The translations under genes were made by a program, and so were the position numbers. The notes under the pieces were generated by a model. The model was given only the letters and a program-made list of their open reading frames with translations. It searched no databases and had not been told where the DNA came from. A stretch of DNA of 64,000 nt, from positions 34,970,001 through 35,034,000 of the forward strand of contig NC_086109.1 in assembly GCF_963921235.1 (NCBI RefSeq), written 5' to 3'. Shown in pieces: positions 38,421 through 51,828 of this stretch (positions within the stretch are counted from its first letter, which is position 1; each line of letters begins with the position of its first letter). The DNA is from Mobula hypostoma (taxonomy: Eukaryota).

Positions 38421-39875
38421 GAGAAACAACCCTTAACTACCAGTGTATGCATCCTACCACCAAGACAAATATGAATCCAATCAGCTACATCCCCCAGATC
38501 CCTTGTGATCTAATCTTCCAGACTAGACTGACATGTGGGATCTTTTATATGTGTTGTTAAAGTCCATATGGTAAGCATCCACTGTCCTACCCTCATCCAC
38601 CCACTTTGTCACCATTTGCAGTACCTCTAAGAGGTCTGTTAAACACCACTTTCCCCGCACAAAGCTGTGCTATTTTTCAACTACACTGATGAGTCTCAAG
38701 TCAATGTAAACGAGGTGAGTACAGATAACAGATGAGATAAATGCAACAGGTTATTGAAGAACATTAGTCAGTTAGTTAGGTTTCTGTGTTAATTTGAAAG
38801 AGTCATAGGGATCATTACTGGTGCTACTATTTCAAAGCACATTTATTTTTAATTAATTAAGTTTAAATTAGATGATCCTTAAAGGTCACAATGGGACTTG
38901 AACTCAGAACTCTGAGTTTCCAGTACAGAAACATCTGCAATTGCACTCTTTAGATGTATATGAAAACTGGAAAACAAAAAAACAATCCGAGGGAGAAAAA
39001 GGAAGTGTGAAGGAAGTGGATGTTTCATTAGAATCTCACATTCAAGTCAAAATAAATTATGTAGGGGGATTAACAAAAAGGTTGTGTTTCTTTAGGAAGG
39101 ATCAAGATATTGCATAAGAAGATTGTGGCATTTGGGTATTAGATATGGTGTTATTTGTAATGAAATTAGTTGTTACAAATGAATGATAGAACATTGAGTT
39201 TAGTGATAAGTAACAGTGAGTTTTTTTTTGAGGAGAATTCAGGAAAATAACAAATAAATTTAACCACAGGAATATACATGGGGCTATCCCTTAGGTGCCT
39301 GATGTTATTTTGCAGGAGTAGGTAAGATAGGTGAATGCAAACTTTGAGTATTATTCTGGAGATTTCTGTTTTCTGCATTGACACTCTAAATATACTCAGA
39401 AATGTAATGGCATTTTGAGTGTCTAGTTTGTAAAGATTGTGAATACTCTGATATATTGAGCATTGGTTGATGATCCGTTACCAGTGCTGTGGCACTAGGT
39501 AACACCCTGACTGAGACTGCTATTTTCTTCTAAATATTATTATGTTATTTGGAGAAGAGTTGTGTCCAATATGCTGACAGTATCAAATTGTGAAGAGAGG
39601 TAAAGGAAGGATGTATAGAAATACAAAGAAAAATGTTGAGCATGGTAAATTTGCTATTGAAATATATAATATAAAATTGAGTATGTGCTACTTGGTCATT
39701 GTGCCAAGTACCATTGCTTGTTTCGATCGTGGGCTGTGAATGATGATGACCCATTTGGAACAGAAGTTGTTTCTAGGGAGCTGGGCGATGTGTGGTGGGG
39801 AAGTGGTAAAGAAGATAATGAGGCATGGACACTTTAATGTTGTTTAGCTACTGCAATATCATGAGCTTTGCGATC

Positions 39876-40170
39876 GGGTGGAGCACAGTAGTATAGCGGT
39901 TAGGAGGACGCTATTACAGCTTGGGGAGTTCTGGAATTGAGCGTTCAGTTTTGGTGCTGTCTGTAAGGAGTTTGTACATTCTCCCCCCAAACATGGGTTT
40001 CCTTCGGGTGCTCTGGTTTCCTCCCACAGTCTAAGGACATACTAGTTAGTAGGTTAATTGGTTGCGGTAGATTGTCCCATGATTAGGTTAATGCTAAATA
40101 AGTGGGTTGCCGAGTGGTGCGGCTTGCTGAGCTGGAAGGGCCTGTTTCACACTGTATCTCTAAATTAATT
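39876..40170 (+). mobile_element. tRNA-derived V-SINE (HE1-like)
   Basis: tRNA-like head; V-domain gggtttccttcgggtgctctggtttcctcccacagtctaaggac; CR1-like tail gggcctgtttcacactgtatctctaa. Confidence 0.8.
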
Positions 40171-42339
40171 AATTAATTTGGGGGAGCTGAAAATCATCCA
40201 TCTGAGTATTGTGTCTAGGTGCAGGTCAGGTTATGATAAGGGAAGTGTTCAGTGTCGTTTGGTCAAAGAAAGTTCTGGGGCTTGAGTTTGTCTGTTGGCT
40301 GCTTTGGTTATGGTGAGAGTAATCAGAGATTGGTGGTGGTAGAGAGATATTATAACAGAGATCTAACGGTTGGTGAATGGTGGAGACAGTGGGATCGAAG
40401 CAGAGTCATGATTAAGGCAGTTTAAGACCTGGGTTAATTGGTGGGGATATTGCGTCACTGAAGGTTGAGGTTCAAAGGAAATAACATAAAGAACGTCACC
40501 TGCCTTTAACGGTCCCAATCAACATAGTAGAGTGAAAATGTGGTTGCCTTGGGTTACCAGAAGAGGCCCCCTCAAAGCAAGTTAAAGGTGTGACATCACT
40601 TGTTACAAAAGAATAATTTTCACTTTGAATTGCAAACCTGCATTTTCAGGATAACGCCAAGTAACATATAAAAAAAAGACAACACTTCTCATTTCAGGAT
40701 TAATCCCTTTTAATTCATGGTGAATTAAGATCAGCATTATTGCATGATTGACTTTCTTGCAAAAACATCATGCTCGTTGACAGTGGGGAAAGCCAGGTCC
40801 GAATGGAAATGTACTTGTGGTGGAATAACACATATATAGCATTCTGCCTTATCAAAAAATAAGGCTAAAGAAATATAATGTATAGAAATTAGTATGGATA
40901 GAGAAGTAGTAAAGTTGAAGTTGGGAATCCATTCAATGACTTCTGCTGAAGCAGTCTGTAGGTGTAAGGGCATCAGATGTGGACCTTTCAGGAAGGTATT
41001 TATTATATGGACAGTACACTGACTTACATACAACCTTGCCCAAGCCTGCGCCCTGGAGAGTGAAGACTTTCCAGACACAGATCCATGGTCTCGCAAGACT
41101 AACGGATGCCTTTACACTGACTTGGAAGCCCCAGTCATCTTTTAGACTACTCCTAAAATTCCACTTAAGAAGCAGCTGCTTCCCTGGTCTGTCCTCAAAT
41201 GATTGTCTAGGTTTTACTTGGAAGGTTGAAGCCTTGATCAGTTACAGAATATTCCTTTATGATATTTGAAAATAGCTAAGAGATCATCATTGTTGAGGTG
41301 GGCTGTTTCAAGTTGTGGAAACTGAAGTGTGTTCCAATAGGACCAGTGAGACTTTAAATGGGAGTTTGTAGATGTTGGGATGAATGGAATATTTATACTG
41401 ATACACCTTAAGTCATTTTTGGTTCCATGGTAAATTTATCTCTTAGTCATAACTGTGGATGGTTTACACTTAGTTACTTATGAATTTTACAGTGTTGTTG
41501 GTAATTGATTGAAGCAAGATTACCTACATGCTCATCTATTATTCCTGGAAAAATTACACTATATTTACTGCTGGAAGTATTTGTAGCTGATACAGGAATG
41601 TTGTTACAAAGGTCCCTTTATGTGCTGAGTAGAATGTTATCAATAGGAGTTATGATGGGCTGATGATTTGAAACTATGTGAAATAATTTGAGCTTTCACT
41701 TTGTTTATGGTGGCAAAAATCCCCTATGCATATAATCAGCTTCCCTGAATAGATTAAAATACAATTATACAGTAGAAGCACTGAGGTCATATTATTTGTA
41801 TAGCTCAGAAAGCGATATAGGTGTGGGAAACATTCTTTTTTTCTGCATATGGTGAAATGATGAATATTATCTGTAAGTGTTTTATTTTTGCTAAAATTGG
41901 CACACAGAGATAGGTCTATATTCAGCTGTGTGTGTCTGAATATGTTCTCGCACAGTAGTGGGAGGTGATCCATTCTGTTCCCAATTCTCCAACAGCTAAA
42001 CGAGGTATAAGAAAAATCTCTTCATTTTGTAGAAAAGTTTTGATGAAATTTTGCAGTCAAATGAGCCATCCTAATTTTTACACTAAATCAAATGTTGCTA
42101 AGATAGATGGAGAGGATATAACTATTGTCCATCCAGAATCTAAAGGTCAAACTTTAGGTAGTGCTGATTAGGATCTCTAATTACTGAACCTTACTCTTGG
42201 CAAATGCAGACCACAAAGACCTTATGGCATCTGTAACAAACTTCTCATTTTGGATGCCATTTGCTGCCATGTGTCAACTCAAGGGAATTACTTGTGTCTT
42301 ACAATAGGGATGTAATTAAGCTGGCTTCAATGGGGCCAT

Positions 42340-43070
42340 TGAGTCACAGAACTATAGAGCACAGAAAATACCCTTCAATACATCATTTTCATGCTGACTA
42401 TGAAGTACACATCAAATCCCATTTTCTAGTATCTGGGCTTTGATTGAAGTGTTTATCCAACTGAGTCATAACCGTTGTGAGAGTACCTGACTCCACCACC
42501 CAGTTCGGCAGTGCATTCCACATTCCTTCTTTCCTCTGGGTGAAATTAATTCTTCTTCAGATCTCCTCCGAACCTCTTATTTCTTAGCATGAACCTATAA
42601 TTTCAAGCTCCTCTGTTCTGGGAAAGAAACCCTACTATCTGGTCTATTTACTTCGCTCTTCATAATTTTATAAACCATTATCAGATCCCTTCAGTTATCT
42701 CTATTGCAAGGAGACTAAATTCAATGTATTCAGTTTGTCCTCACAGATAAATTGGCTGGCCCCAGACAATATCTGGTGAATATCTTTGGCACCCTCTTCC
42801 AGTGCAATCCTATTGTTTCTAAAGTGTAATGTTCAGAACTGTCGCTTCTGCTATGGCTTAATAGATGTTTTATGAAATAGTACTGCACTTTCCATACTCC
42901 AGACAACAAAGGCACATATATTATAAGGCTTCTTAATCACTTTATCTGCTTGTACTGCCAATTTCATGACCCTTGACTTCTACACCAATGTTTCTACATG
43001 AACCAGTACTTCCAAAGTGCCTACTGTTCATTCTGTAGGACTTTGCTAAATTTCACAACCTCACCCTTAG
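42340..43070 (-). mobile_element. Old CR1 LINE fragment
   Basis: IGLHWKRVPKIFTR-like remnant and CR1 3' UTR on the minus strand. Confidence 0.55.
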
Positions 43071-43511
43071 CAGCTGAATTCCAGAAGTGAATTTCAAAGA
43101 CTGTACCTAGTCACACTGTGGAGCTCAAAACAAAGGACACATTTCTGCTGTCCAGTGTCAAGCTTTATAAATTTTACTCTCGCTTTTGAGATGGGAATAG
43201 ACATCAAGTTGTTTTAAAAAGATTTTGAGAAGCCTATTCATCCCAGAATATTGTAGCCATTAGAAGTTCATCTCATTGATTGAAGTTTAACTTCTGTTCA
43301 TTCAGTATCTGAAAACTAGGCATTTCTTCCCACTAAGCATTGGGAACATCGATGCAGTTATTTTTGGTTTGTACTGCAAACTTTGTTGCCTAGCTACTGA
43401 CTTCATCACTCTCTCTGGGTGCAAGCCAGACAATAGACAAATTTGAGCATTGAATTTAACCTTGAGACAAGTCTCTGACCACTTAGGTGAAACTTGACTG
43501 AGAGTGACTAC

Positions 43512-45525
43512 TTCAAGTTCAAAGTTCAATCAATTTTCAGTATTATCAAAGTAGATATATGTTACCAGAAACAACCCTGAGATTCATTTTATTGTAGGCA
43601 TACACAGTAAATCCAAGAAACACAATACAGAATCAGTGAAAAACTGCAGCCAACAGGACAGAAAAATAACCAGCATGCAAAGACAACAAATTGTGCAAAT
43701 ACTAAATAAATAAATAAGCAAAAAATATTGAGAATGTGAGATGAAGGGTCCTTGACAGTGAGTCCATAGGTTGCTGGAACAGTTTATTGACTGAGTAGGT
43801 GAAGTTATTCCCTCTGGTTCAAGAGCCTGATGGTTGCAAAGTTATAACTGTTACTGAACCTGGTGTTGTGGGTCCAGAGGCTCCTGTATCTTCTGCCTGA
43901 TTGCAGCAGTGAGAAGAGAGCATGGCCTGGATTGTGGGGGTCACTGATGGTGGATCCTGCCTCCCAGCAACAGCGCTCCATGTAGATGTGGTCAGTGATG
44001 GGGAGGGCTTTACCCATAATAGACTGGGCCATAGAAATGTCATGTCGAATCTTGTGTCTAAGTCTACTAAGCAAGTGGTGCTGCTGGAGATGACAGTCCC
44101 ATGGGAAGGTCGCTTTAGAAGAGGCCTTTGAAAAGAAGCTCTCCAAGTGCGCAGGACTGGTCAGCAACTGCCAGCAGGGTGGATGGAGAGCGAGGTGTCT
44201 CCCAGTGGAGATTGGTTGTAGGGGATTCGCAGCCCATTCCTTAGCTAGAGCCTTCAGCAATTTGGGCATCGAGGGAGAGAGGAAGAGGAGAGCCATCTGC
44301 AGTACCACCAATGTGGTAGAGAGGGCCTCAAGATTTCTGTGGCTCAAAAGAGGGGAGCCATGGAGTCATAAGTAGCTAGCCATCTGGACACAAGCTGGAG
44401 TCTGATCAGCCCCGGCTGGGTCACCTGGAGGAGGTTGTATGATGTTGAAAGACCCAAAACACCCGATGATTCCAGGAACATCACTGAATATGTGTCCAGA
44501 AGCATCAGTAGATGTATGTACACAACAGGTAGTAAAGGCACTTATTACACTTGCGTCCTGGAGCCAGGACAAATCCTCTGAAGTGATAACACCAAGAAAT
44601 TGAATGTTGCTGACCCTCTCCACCTCCAGTCCTCCGATGAGGACTGGCTCATGGACCTCCGGTTTTCTCCTCCTGAAGTCAATAATGAGCTCTTTGGTCT
44701 GGCTGATATTGAGGGAGAGGTTATGGCACAACTGAGCAAGATTTTCAATCTCCCGCCTATATGCTGAATCGTCATCACTTTAGATTCAGCCACAGACATT
44801 GGTGTCGTCAGCAAACTCAAATATGGCATAGAACTGTGTTTACCCTCATAGTCATAAATATAAAATGAATAGAGCATGGGTGCTAAGCACACAGCCTTGT
44901 GGTGGACCTAAGCTTATGAAGTATGTTGAGGAGATGTTGTTGCCATTCCAAACATTCTGTGGTCTGCAGTTGAGGAAGTCAAGGATCCAAATGCACAAGG
45001 AGTTATTGATGCCAAGGCTTTGAAGCTCTTTGATTAGTTCTGAGGGAATGATAGTATTGCATGTAGGCTTAGTTGATAAAGAGCATCCTGACGTATGCAT
45101 CTTTGCTGTCTAAATGTTCCACAGTTGAGTGAAGACCCAATGAAATGGCACCTGTTGTGGACATATTGTGCCAGTAGGCAAATTCAAGTAGATCCAACTC
45201 ACTTTTAGGGCAGGAGTTGATATGTTTCATCACCAGCCTCTCAAAGTATTTCACCAGTCTGGACGTAATTGCTACTGGACGATAGTCATTCTTCTTAGGC
45301 ACCGGTATAATTGAAGCCTGCTTGAAGCAGGTAGATACCTCAAACTGCTGAAGTGAGATGTTAAGGATATTGGTGAACACTTCACCCAGTTGATCTGTGC
45401 AGGTCTTTAGTACTTGGCTTTGGTACTTCATCTGAGCCAGATACTTTCCATGGGTTCGCTGTCCTGAAGGATGCCCTTACATCGGTCTCAGAGGCTGAAA
45501 TCACAGGGTCATCAGGGCTGTGGGT
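43512..45525 (-). mobile_element. Rex1/Babar-like LINE, 5'-truncated and frameshifted
   Basis: CFKQASIIPVPKKNDYRPVAITSRLVKYFERLV, YVRMLFI, WILDFL..RPQ, PQGCVLS, KTKELIIDFRR-like, HALFSLLQSGRRYRSL. Confidence 0.85.
44040..44510 (+). mobile_element. Hero-like non-LTR retrotransposon 3' end (restriction-like endonuclease)
   Basis: KQVVLLEMTVPWE..EEAFEKKLSK..GWRARCLPVEIGCRGF..ERASRFLWLKR; inserted antisense into the Rex1-like element. Confidence 0.75.
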
Positions 45526-47465
45526 GTTCGTGAAGATTCTTGAACCATCACTGCGAGTGTCTATATCTGTAATATCACCAAACTTCATGCTATCATTCAT
45601 CTTATGTGCTGCTATAATTCTTTATTTGGAGACTTCTTTGCTTCAGTGGAGAGGAGTGGCCAGCTTTGCAATTTACACTGCTCATAAATTTCAGTTCATT
45701 CTAAACCCTGGCACTTGCGACCTCATTCACATGAAATATTCCTTACCCACCTTCTTTACACAGAACTTAAATCCCAGAATGTCCAACCATGTGACACTCT
45801 CAGGAGTATCTCACCAGAAGGACTACAGTGGGTCAGGAATACAGTTCACAATCATCTGGCCAAGGGATGGGCGATAAATGGTCTCTCTGGAACCAATGCC
45901 AAGCTCCAGGAAAATAAACAAATACAAGCCCTCCAAGCTCTCAGTTGTGCAAAACATCAATTTTGAAATTATTTTCTTTATTATTAAGTTGTTTTATTGC
46001 TTTCAGCTTCGCTTTCCTTACAAGAGTCTGAGATGTTGGCACTGCTCTAATTTTGGTATATTGAACTTCCATTGATAACAATGAAAGATAGGAATTCTAT
46101 ATCCAAGCGTTGGATTTGGAATATTGTAAAGCATTGTGCTGGCCATATGCTACTGAGGCACCCCAATTACTTACAATTTTTACACTTAACACACTGTGTG
46201 AAGTTTGCTGGTGCGTTCATTGCTTTACCTGCTGAGATGAGTGATTGTCATTTTATCATCAGTTGGAGAAAGAGAATGACTTGTATCAACAGCAAGGCTC
46301 CCTGGCCTATCACTTTGAAGATCTTAAGGCATGAGGAACTTGGCAGATAAAAGAAGAATGCCTTGATATGTCCATCTTGCAGACTGCTATGTGAATTCTG
46401 AAGGCACATGTGCTGTTATCTATTTAATTATAGCAACATGAAGAGGTCAAGAAGATCCTTTAAGGGCATTTTGAGTATGTCAATACCCGTATGAAAAAGC
46501 ATGCTGTCAGACGAATCAGAAAATGTCTAATACATTGAAACAATTGTGAGAACTTGTTTATTATCATCATCACTGAACTTGATTATACAATTGATTTTTG
46601 AAGTCCTTCAGTTTTAGTTGTCTGTGCTGTTCAACACCAACGACAAATCATGGGAGAAGCCTGCAATCTTTGACTCTCAGCTACAATATTGTAATTTTGT
46701 TTGGCAAAATGAAGTGAAGGTTGTATACAATTCAAAGCTATGCAGGTATGTGTGGTTGGCCTGTGCAGCACTGTTTCCTTCCCAGTGGTGATCTGGGATA
46801 ATGGAACATGTCAGTCCAGGCAATCAACCCTTCACAGCTTTGTAGATGAGCGAATGTCAACAGAGCTTCTTTGTCCTTGAATGACAAGTCTCAAAGAGAT
46901 CATAAAGTCAAGAGTTCAAAGTAAATTTAGTACTAAAGTGTACCATATACTACTCTGGCTCATTTTCATGCAGTTTAAAATATACTATAGAAATTTATGA
47001 AAAGCTTTACGTAAAGACTGCCAAATGAGAACAGGCTTGGACAAGCACAAACACAGGGTCTAAGTAAGTTTCCATTAAGTTCTTTTTTTCTGCTAGTACA
47101 GAGCTGGTGAGCTGAAAATAGGACCAGAGTTTGTGATATGTTCCTTGTGTGAAATGTGGGAATTTTGGGAGACCTCCAATCTCCCTGATAACCACCTCTG
47201 CACAAAGTGCACCGAGCTGTAGCTCCTTCCAGACCATATTAAGGAACTGGAGCAGCAACTTGATGACCCTTGGCTCATACAGGAGAATGAGGAGGTGATA
47301 GACAGGAGCTACAGGGAGGCCGTAATCCCTAAATTGCAGGAATCTGGTACTTGGATGAAAATTAGGACAGAGAAAGGGAATAGGCAACCAGTGCAGAGTG
47401 CCCCTGTGGCTGGTTCCCTCAAAAATAAGAAAGGTATAATTGGTTAATGGGATTATATTGTAGAC

Positions 47466-48308
47466 CAGTGGTCCCCAATCACCAGGCTGCAAAGCATGTG
47501 TTACTGGGCCGCGAGGAAACGATATGCGTCAGCTGCACCTTTCCTCATTCCCTGTCATGCCCTGTTGAACCTGAACATAGAGTTGCCAACTGTCCCGTAT
47601 TTGCATATATTGGGCTAAATTGGTTTGTCCCATACGGGACCACCCTTGTCCCGTATTTCCCCTGCTAAGGTAGAGCGTTCCTATGAAACCTTTCATGCCA
47701 AAATAGCATGAAGCGAAGAAGCAATTACCATTAATATATATGGGAAAAGTTTTTGAGCATTCCCAGACCCAAAAAATAACTTAACAATTCATACCAAAAT
47801 AACACATAAAACTGAAAATAACACTAACGTATAGTAAAAGCAGGAATGATATGATAAATACACAGCCTATATAAAGTAGAAATAAGGTATGTACAGCGTA
47901 GTCGGGAAGATTAAGCCAAAACCAATTTGTGGAAAAAAAAATCAGCACATACGCGCATGCGCACGTCACATATGCCTGCGTCACACATGCATGTCACACA
48001 CGTGCACACAGATGACCGCGCAAGGCTTCATGGTCATGGTAGCCTTTCTCGGGGTAAACACATGCTGGTGAACGCAGCGGGCCAGGCAGCATCTATAGGA
48101 AGAGGTACAGTCAACATTTCGGGCCTGGACCCTTCATCAGGATTTGACTGCTACTTTTGTCCCTTATTTGGGAGTGAGAAAGTTGGCAACTGTTGAGGTG
48201 AGTTTAACCCTACTTGAACACTACCCCCCCACCCCCGGGTTGGCTGGTCCGCAAGAATATTGTCAATATTAAACCGGTCCGCGGTGCAAAAAAGGTTGGG
48301 GACCCCTG
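47466..48308. mobile_element. Non-autonomous composite hAT (Charlie-like) DNA transposon
   Basis: TIRs CAGTGGTCCCCAA / CAGGGGTCCCCAA; perfect 8-bp TSD TTGTAGAC at 47458-47465 and 48309-48316. Confidence 0.9.
48062..48143 (-). mobile_element. Penelope pLTR/hammerhead mini-insertion inside the hAT element
   Basis: Reverse complement reads atc-CTGATGA-agggtccaggccc-GAAAtgtt-gactg followed by pLTR sequence. Confidence 0.8.
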
Positions 48309-49682
48309 TTGTAGACCACCTAACAATTCACAGGATTTGGAGGAGAAAATTTGTAGAGAGATCACAGACTGGTGCAAGAAACATAACGTTGTGATAGTAG
48401 GTGATCCGAGTTTTCCACATATTGGTTGGTACTCCCATACTGTAAAAGGGCAGGGTGGGAAACAGTTTGTCAAAGTTATTTAGGGAAGTTTCCTTAATCG
48501 TTAAATAGAAGTCCCTATAAGAGAGAATGCAATGTTTGATATCTTATTAGGGAATGAGACAGTTGCAAGAGATGTTTGTGTAGGGGACCACTTTGCAGGT
48601 GGATGGGACTAGGCTGGTTAGTGGTTTGGCACTGTTTACGTGCTGTAGTGTTCTATGACTCTTAACAACCAATGTGCAAAAGTGGGCCCACTGCGCAAAT
48701 AGAAATAATACGGAGAACGTCAGCATTTTAACTGGGCTGTTTAATTGGGCCAAATGCAGTCACTGTGTTCTAGTCTCCGGAATCAGCCTTGCCAGAGGGT
48801 CTAAACCCTCCCCATTACTAAAAAAACCCTGACATTGAGAAGGCGCTTACCAGAGAAGATGCAAGGTTCTTATCATGGGTACCTTTTGCAAATTAAACCA
48901 TGATCTCCTGTTCCCAAACAGACAAACTGCTCCCTGGTGCTCTGATTACTAATAGCAGTTTCTGTAGAATGCCAGACTATCGGACATAATATATCAAGCC
49001 TCTGGCTTTTCTTATGAGCTTTGCTCTGAATTCTGCCCTCCTCTGCTTCATGCCAAAGATGGAGTCATCGGTATCTGTTAAACTGAAATTGGATAATTTC
49101 CCAAGAACACATCTACTGGAATTTCAGTGCATTTTTGTGTCTTTTTGTTAGTCTAATAGATATCAGATTTATGATTAACCATTGGAGAGCTACCGCCTAA
49201 TCTTAAATGACCACAGGCATAATATTTTCTGCCAAGTCTTTAACGGTATTGATAATTCTATATGATTGAAAGGACCAATGTTATATAAAGTTGACCAAAG
49301 GTTATTAGGCAATATTAAGAGTACTTAATTGTTGGAAATAATTGAATTATGGTGTGGGAGGTCTAGATTGAGAACCAGCACTGATGAATGGCTGCCAACA
49401 TATTTCCAAGCCAGAATGGTGTACGATTTTGAGGGAAAGTTGCAGGTGGCAGTGCTCCCATTCACTAGTGACGTTGTACTGGACGGCAGGCATCAGGGCT
49501 TTGTGAGGCTCTTGAGCATGCAACTGCGATTAGTTTTGTACATATGTAGATCATACAGAAGTGGTGGAAGGAATAAACATTCAGGGTATGTTAAGGGTAA
49601 GAGATGTAACACCAAGCAGCCATGTTGCTTTGTCTTGGATGGTGTTGAGCTTCTTAAGAGTTGTTGGTGTTTTATATTTTTG

Positions 49683-49940
49683 TTTATTTATTTATTGAGA
49701 TACAGCGTGGTGCAGGCGCTTCCGGCCCTTCAACCCAACAATCCCCCATTTTGCCCCTCAGGACTAGGTATAACAGCCAACTGACAGGTCTTTGGACTGT
49801 AGGAGGAAACTGGAGCACACAGCGAAAACTCATGCCGTCACAGGGACAACATACAAACTCTTTATGGGCAGCAGCAGTAATTGAGTCCGGGTCACCTGTA
49901 CTGTAAAGTGTGCTAACCACTAACACTACCGTGCTGCCCC
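49683..49940 (-). mobile_element. V-SINE (HE1-like), minus strand
   Basis: tctttggactgtaggaggaaactggagcac is the reverse complement of the V-domain; tRNA-like head ends ccgtgctgcccc. Confidence 0.75.
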
Positions 49941-50039
49941 ACCTGGGTACTGGTATTGCACTCAGTGGGATTATTACTTATGTTTGGTGTGACAAGGGGG
50001 TTGCTGGGGGAGGGGGGTTGATGGGTGATGATCAGAGGT

Positions 50040-50760
50040 GCAGAGAGACTTAGGAGCCATCGTGCTTGACTCCCAGAAAGTTAATTTATAGGTTGAGCCT
50101 GTAGCAAAGAAGGCAAATGCAATGTTGGCATTTCTTTCAAGGGGAATAGAATATATAAAGCAAGAATGTATTATTGAGCCTTTATAACACGCTCGTCAGC
50201 CTGCAGTACTGTCAACAGTTTTGGGCGCCGTATCTCAAAAGGGATGTGTTGTCACTGGAAAGAGTCCAGAGGAGGTTCACAAGGATAATTCCAGGAATGA
50301 AAGGGTTAACATATGAGGAGTGTTTGGCAGCTTTGGGTCCGTACTCACTGGAATTTAGAAGAATGCAGGGGAATCTCATTGAAATCTACCGAATGTTGAA
50401 AGGACTAGATACGGTGGATGTGGGGCCGATGTTTCCTATGGTGGGGGTATCCAGAACTAGAAGGCACAGCTTCAAAACTGAGGGGTGATTCTTCAGAACA
50501 CAGCTAAGGAGGAATTTTCTTAGAGTAGTGAATCTGTGGAATGCTCTGCCACAGACTGTGGTGGAGGGCAAGTCCGTGGGTATATTTAATAAGGAAGTTG
50601 ATAGTTTCCTGATTGGTAGGGGCATCAAAGGATATGGCGTGAAGGCTGGTGTATGGGGTTGAGTGGGATCCAGGATCAGTCGTGATGGAATGGCAGAGCA
50701 GACTCAATGGGCTGAATGGCCTAATTTTGTTCCTATGACTTATGGTCTATGGTCTTATGA
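50040..50760 (+). mobile_element. CR1 LINE 3' fragment
   Basis: LQYCQQFWAPYLKRDVLSLERVQRRFTRIIPGM; 3' UTR and tail ttatggtctatggtcttatg. Confidence 0.9.
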
Positions 50761-50868
50761 TTGTAGTGAATGTGTGCTCAAGTGTGTGGGTGCCTAGCCA
50801 AGAGTTTGCGGGGTCTGAAGATCAGCATCAGGTTTAGGGTTAGGGGTAAGGTTAAGTTGTAATCATGG

Positions 50869-51729
50869 TGTTACGAGAATACACATAAAATTAAGATATT
50901 TGCTGGCCTGGGCTAGCATCAGTGGCATCAGCAGTTGGTCTGCCACCTGCCCTCAGGGGAAGGAGAGATAAGGAACAATGGAGCAGCGTCTGGAGATGTG
51001 TAATGAAGGGATGTGGGAGAGGGAGAGCTGTCTGGAGCGGCTCCCCCCTTTGAACCCTGAACTGTTTGAAGTGATGGACAGGCGATACCCCAGCAGGGGG
51101 ATAAAAAGGGACAGGTTCGCTAAGACGCACACACACGCCACCCGAGATAACGAGACCCTGGAAGCGGTGCGCCTCTCACGAGTGGGTGAGAAGTGCCAGA
51201 CAACGACAAGGGTGAAAAGGTACGATCAGCGGGAACCCGGTGTGTGTCCGCCCTTGCCTGGGTGCCGGGTTCACTGCAGAGGATCGACCGCATCTGGAGG
51301 AGGGGTCACAGTCGGTGACCTCAGGTGACATCACCAAGGACCCGCCCAAATGCTGTTTGTGAGCCATCTCGCTGGTCTGTGAGTGAAGCCGTTCTGAATG
51401 ATCAGTTGTTCCTATTCTATGTCTCTCTTCCCCCACCTTGTCCATCGCCATGGCAACGATTACTGCGAACTGAACTACTAACTGGACTGAACTTTGAGTC
51501 ATTTTGAAATTGGTCATTTACCCCTAGACAACGATAGAGCTTGATTGATGCTGTTATCTTAATTCTGTGCACATGTGTGGTTATCATTGTTGAATTGTTG
51601 CATTTATTATCCTTTCGATTACTGTGTTGCTTGTTTCTTTAATAAAACTTTCTTAGTTCTAGTACTCCAGACTCCAACTGAGTGATCCATTTCTGCTGGT
51701 TTGGCAACCCAGTTACGGGGTACGTAACA
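50869..51729 (+). repeat. 5' LTR, copy 2
   Basis: Direct repeat of 54983-55842; TATA-like GATAAAAAG near 51100; AATAAA at 51641. Confidence 0.95.
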
Positions 51730-51733
51730 TAAG

Positions 51734-51759
51734 TGGGGTTCTCGTCCGCGATTTTGAAC
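51734..51759 (+). promoter_or_regulatory. Primer-binding site, tRNA-Pro-like (imperfect)
   Basis: Identical to 7153-7178. Confidence 0.75.
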
Positions 51760-51828
51760 GCTAAATTTGGGACGGAGTAAATTGATTGGGTTAAAATTCC
51801 CGAAAGAAAGAAAAGACAAACAGCAGAA

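Larger units (their letters stand above)
33115..38670 (-). mobile_element. Old CR1 LINE split into ~33115-34090 and ~38422-38670 by nested insertions
   Basis: GKLADDSKVSG..LQGDL on the minus strand at about 33.9 kb; the RT region continues after 38422 (VDEGRTVDAYHMDFN...). Confidence 0.65.
47095..48605 (+). mobile_element. CR1 5' remnant (ORF1 zinc finger joined to ORF2 endonuclease), split by a hAT element
   Basis: CSLCEMWE..HLCTKC..IKELEQQLDD; MGLYCR|PPNNSQDLEEKICREI..VVIVGD.SFPHIGW resumes after 48316. Confidence 0.8.

Noticed and set aside
50831..50856. Telomere-like ggtttagggttaggggtaaggttaag just upstream of provirus 2
   Set aside because: Only two exact TTAGGG units; too short to support telomeric targeting, and the other copies lack it
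50978..51328. Recurrent ORFs inside the LTRs (MEQRLEMCNE..., also 1426-1776, 6308-6607, 10552-10833, 55036-55440)
   Set aside because: They recur only because the LTR is repeated; frames and lengths differ between copies and there is no recognisable domain
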